NCBI RefSeq assembly: GCF_021028975.2
Contig: NC_059425.1
Location: forward strand, 111,910,001-111,974,000
Reading direction: 5' to 3'
DNA: 64,000 bases
Source: Sphaerodactylus townsendi
Taxonomy: Eukaryota
Shown here: piece after piece, positions 59,808 to 64,000 of the stretch
Numbering within the stretch: the stretch's first letter is position 1
How the letters are laid out: each line of letters opens with the position of its first letter
Notes under the pieces: generated by a model
Seen by the model: only the letters and a program-made list of their open reading frames with translations
What the model was told of the DNA's origin: nothing
The model's database searches: none
Program-made: the position numbers and the translations under genes

Positions 59808-62334
59808 TTATGCAAGAATTACAACATTAGGACAGCCAAAAACTGGTGGGCACATTGTCCAGAGAAAGTCACAGAAAATGAGAAGGTCAAGATCTTGTGG
59901 GACTTTTGAATCCAAATGTTGCAAGCTTTTAAAGATTTGATATTTTGAAACACAGGTCCACATTGTGCCTGAGTCGTAAATAAAATAAAATTTATGAAGA
60001 AAACATTGTGCCCATCCTCACAGACTTATTTAAGTTTAATTCTCTTATTTTTCATGTGCTCTTTGACTTGGAGCTTCTCTTTGCATGCCCTTCATTGTTC
60101 TGCTGCACCATATCTGTTTCAGGTATCTTACTTGCTGCCTTGCAGTGACTTCCATAGAAGACAGGAGGATGCAGTTCTGCCTGAAGGGGTTATAAGATAA
60201 GGGTGAGAGTGATGTAAGTTTTTCCTCAAAAAAAAACACGCTCTTGTCTTCTACAAGACATTTTAAATTGCAGAGGCTATCTTTGTCCTTTTTAGCAGTA
60301 GTTGCTCAGTTCATTCTCTGTCTCTGCAGAGTTAATTTTCTGCTCAAGCCTGACTAATTGAAAATATGCTTGATAGGAAACCTAGGTTAAAGCCATGATA
60401 CATATTTAAGGTTAGGACAGTTTTGATCTCTCTGCTCAAGCAGTTTGTAAGCAGTACCTAAGATTCTATACAAAAAAATAAACCCATATATATCATAAAA
60501 CTGCTAGGTTTTCTTAACTTTTTTATTTTTACCAAATTAATGTTACTTTAAGCACATGCTAGTAGAAAATGAGATGGCTAATATAATAAGAGGCCATGAA
60601 ATTTAGAAGTGTACTTGTTTGGATAAACCTGGTTATATTATTAGACCAATTGGTGAGGAAGACTTTACCACATATTTGTGGTAGAATATGTGGCTAAATG
60701 GTTATGTGTAAAAAAACAATTGGTTTTTTGGGAACTCTGATATTATAAGTAAAAGTCCTGGTTCTCTTAAGTTGAGTTGCATATTTCACTAGAAGGTAGT
60801 ACCACAGTAAAATACAGTGGAATGGTTGAATTTAAAATCCTAAAACCTCAGTTAAAACTTTTGAAACATTGATCTGTTTAATAGCTGTTGGTGCAGGAGA
60901 CAATGTTTTGTACTTTCATGACTATAACTTCCCACAAACTTATTGTTTAAGTCTACTGATGATAATGAGAAATATTCAAAGTCTGTAGTTCTTTGCTAAC
61001 TTTATAGTTTTCTAGCATAAAGCATTATGCATCGAGTAAATTTCTCTCTAGTCCTGGGTATTCATTGCTAAGTGATCTTACTAGATGTTGAGATTAGCTT
61101 TGTGGTTGCAAATATTTGATAAAATTGGCATGCTGCTGTTCATTTTGATGTGCGTGTCTATGGCCGCTCTTCATGGCCCCAAAACAGCGCCCTAGGGATG
61201 ATAAAAACACAGTACCTGGGACGCTGTTCGCACAGCTGCTGCAGCGCAGCAGTGTCGTTCTCATCCCCCAAATGGTGCAAAAACGCTGTTTACAAAACAT
61301 GCTCCATGAGCATGTTTTTTGAAAAGCGGCGTCTTCCCGCTGGCATGGTGCAAAGGTCACCAGCATGAGAGCACCGCTTTCAGGTGCTGCCTATTTGCAT
61401 GTGTTGTTTACCTTGTCTCCACCCACTATTTTAAGGTATGGTCTGTCACATGGAGGCACCTTAGGATGCGTTAGTAATTGAAATTCCAGACTGTTTAATA
61501 GTTATCTTCAGAACTGGTTTCTTCTTAATTGAAGGAGCTTGTTAGATCAGGACAAATATTCATCTAGTTCAGCAGCCAGCAGTTAGCCATTTGTTCACGG
61601 ACACATGACAAGCAAGTCAGTAAGATTCTGGAAACTTACCTCCCATCCATTAACAGTGTGTGAATTCTTGTAACACAGTATTCTTTCTGAAACTGCAACA
61701 TTGCGTGATGGGTATGGGTTCCCTTTAACAGTTTACTATCCTTGCTGCTTGCACATGAACACATTTGTATGCCTGCTCTTTTGCTACTTTGTAATACTTG
61801 TGGGAAGTAGAGAGGTGATGGTAGCAGAATGGGAGCATTGAATATTCCAGTGTACATCCTGTTGGTTGGTTCTCAGTATTGAAGCTATTATATGGAAGTT
61901 GCTTCATTTCATAAGACATAAGATCTGGATAGGGGTTGTGTTTGAATGATTTTTTAACAAGCTATACTCATTCACAAAAGCTCATTTTAATTTACAACAT
62001 CTTATAAGCAACCATGGCTGTTCAATGTATGGATGGAATTCCTGTATGGACGGGAAAATTTGCCCTTCTTCTGCCCCATTACTTTGGTTTTTCAGAGCTT
62101 TGAGATGTACTAAACACCCAAACTTGCTGGTTTTTTTAATTTGGTAGTGTATCTTTTAAAAAGTCAGGATAACGGATTGTATCATCTTGTGCTTTATTTG
62201 TTCTGTAGTTGTTCTGTAGTTGTGCATTGTTGTGTAGTTGTGATACTAAGTGCCTTGTTAGTAGAAGAAATAGACTCTCTCAATCAAAATAAATCTCCAG
62301 GGCTGACTAAGCTACTTTTTCAATCATATTAAAA

Positions 62335-62440
62335 CCTGGTTCTGGTGGGTTTTCCGGGCTGTGTGGCCGTGGTCTGGTGGATTTTGTTCCTAACGTTTCA
62401 CCTGCATCTGTAGCTGGCATCTTCAGAGGTGTATCACAGA
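62335..62440 (-). mobile_element. Penelope-like terminal repeat
   Basis: Minus strand: cctctgaagatgccagctacagatgcaggtgaaacgttagga...agaccacggccacacagcccggaaaacccac. Confidence 0.85.
62388..62429 (-). ncRNA. Minimal type I hammerhead ribozyme motif of a Penelope element
   Basis: CCU-CUGAAGA-U-GCC(loop)GGU-GAAAC-GUU-AGG: conserved core, stems I and II, and palindromic ACGU in place of helix III. Confidence 0.7.
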
Positions 62441-62739
62441 GAAAAGACGTGTTTCCTCTTTTTGAGTTAGTTGTTGAATCAATGCTTCATGGTGTCATGT
62501 TGCAGTTCTCTACACCTGGTATATTCAATTCTTTGAAGATTGAACCCCAACCAATTAAAACAAACAAACAAACAAACAAATGAGGCATTAAATAGGCAAG
62601 GGGTGAGCTCAATGACATGATAAAATGGTGCTATTGTATATTTAGGAGTAACAACAATGGCCTTTATCGGGCACAATAAAAAAAGCAAAAAAAATTGCAA
62701 AACAGATGTGCGTGAATAAAGAAAAAAAAATTACAAGTG

Positions 62740-63100
62740 AGAAAAAAAAACATGATTAGAAATTACTGATCTCAAGAATGAAATTTGCAACATTCTCACC
62801 CAAAAGTGCATCAACAGAACCATTCGAGATATGGAATGTTATAACATTCTTGCCATTGGGAATGCAAAAAAAAAATAGAGTTCATATATTTCATCCGGTG
62901 AATCTCATCATATTTGGGGCATACAAACAGAGTAGAATGGTCAAGGTTTCACAGTAACCAAATCACAAGAACAAACTCCTTTAGAACATTCCACATTTTG
63001 TGATCTCCCATCCAAAAGGGCTGATGGTAACACATTACATCGCAGGTAGCCCAGACTCTCCTCTGGGTGCTAATCAAGATGTGAGCATGCTGGCACCCAC
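62740..63100 (-). mobile_element. Old LINE (RTE-X/L2-like) ORF2 C-terminal remnant
   Basis: Minus strand gives ..GVCSCDLVT / ETL / LFVCPKY, a frameshifted zinc-knuckle pattern. Confidence 0.35.
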
Positions 63101-64000
63101 TACATGGAATTAACAATGGGCAGGAGTTAGGGTTAGGCTAGGAGTTTTACACAGTATCAGAAATTTAAAGAAACATACTTTGTTTTTTGTAACAAGAGAG
63201 TTAGTCTTGGGTGTAGAGGATTGATTGGTATAAAAAACTCCAGGCGTGGCTAGAGATCTCCTGATTTACAACTGGTCTTCAGATGACAGAAATCATTCCT
63301 CTCAAGGAAATTATGGCTCTCTCGAGGGAAGCTCTCTATGGCAGAATAGCTTGAGGTCCCTTCTGTCCTCCACAAACCCTCACACCCTATTAGGATCTGC
63401 CCTTTAAACTCCAGGAATTTCATTAACCGCTGGTAACCTACAACAGAGCCACCTTATTCAGTGGATACAGTCATTAGAGCCTGTTACCTTGGCAGCTTGT
63501 GGGGGGTCCTTCACATCGTCCACAGATTCTCCTAAAGCTCAAAATAAAACAAAAGTTTATCAATCCACACTTCTTCTCCTCATATAGTATAATATCGCAG
63601 CAGGGCCAAATATGAGTGGTACTCTGAGTGAGGCTGCAAAAAATCCATTTTGTAGTGGTTGCCTCTGCATGAACACTTTCTTCAGTGTTACAGAAGTACT
63701 TCCTAAAGATTACAATGTCAGTGGTTATCTCCAATCTAGCTAACTGTGCTAAGTAAAGACTATGATGAATACTTAACAGAGATTTCAATGGGCTGAGCAT
63801 CAAATTCAATGTAATCATAATTTTAACTATTATTATTGTTGTTGTTGTTGTTGTTGTTTGATGATAGGTCACTACCCCCAAAGGGCTCCTCGAGTATGCT
63901 CACAATACAGCTGTTCCAATAACAGCACATAAAAAACATAACTAAAACTAACCACATTAAAACAAATACAGCAGCAGTTTCTAAAATTTAAATAACAAAG

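Overview
This is vertebrate genomic DNA, almost certainly squamate and probably gecko (Sauria SINE, 5S-derived Sauria SINE, gecko-type tRNA SINE, CR1, Penelope). The only host coding sequence I can support is a 123-bp phase-1/phase-1 exon at 47990-48112 (+) encoding the start of the MAM domain of receptor tyrosine phosphatase kappa (PTPRK, probably exon 2). The rest of the window is therefore most likely PTPRK intron 1 and intron 2, densely populated by transposable elements. Main elements: (1) the 3' half and 3' LTR of a decayed Ty1/copia retrotransposon (1-2419); (2) a young, structurally complete 5.4-kb DIRS1-type tyrosine-recombinase retrotransposon (17637-23071) with ITRs, ICR, gag, RT-RNaseH-methyltransferase and YR, apparently disabled by just two nonsense codons and with gag in frame with the YR ORF across one TGA; (3) four palindromic hAT MITEs carrying the ZNF143/THAP11-type ACTACAATTCCCA motif; (4) a nested SINE/hAT/CR1/solo-LTR cluster (50635-53770); (5) a non-autonomous Helitron; (6) an R4/Dong-like LINE; (7) Penelope remnants with minimal hammerhead ribozyme motifs; (8) an unidentified coding-like remnant at 28.6-29.1 kb. 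I cannot support a wholly new biological system. The best leads are the DIRS reading-frame organisation, the orphan ORF and the ribozyme and motif cargo. All family names come from motif recognition, not from database searches.
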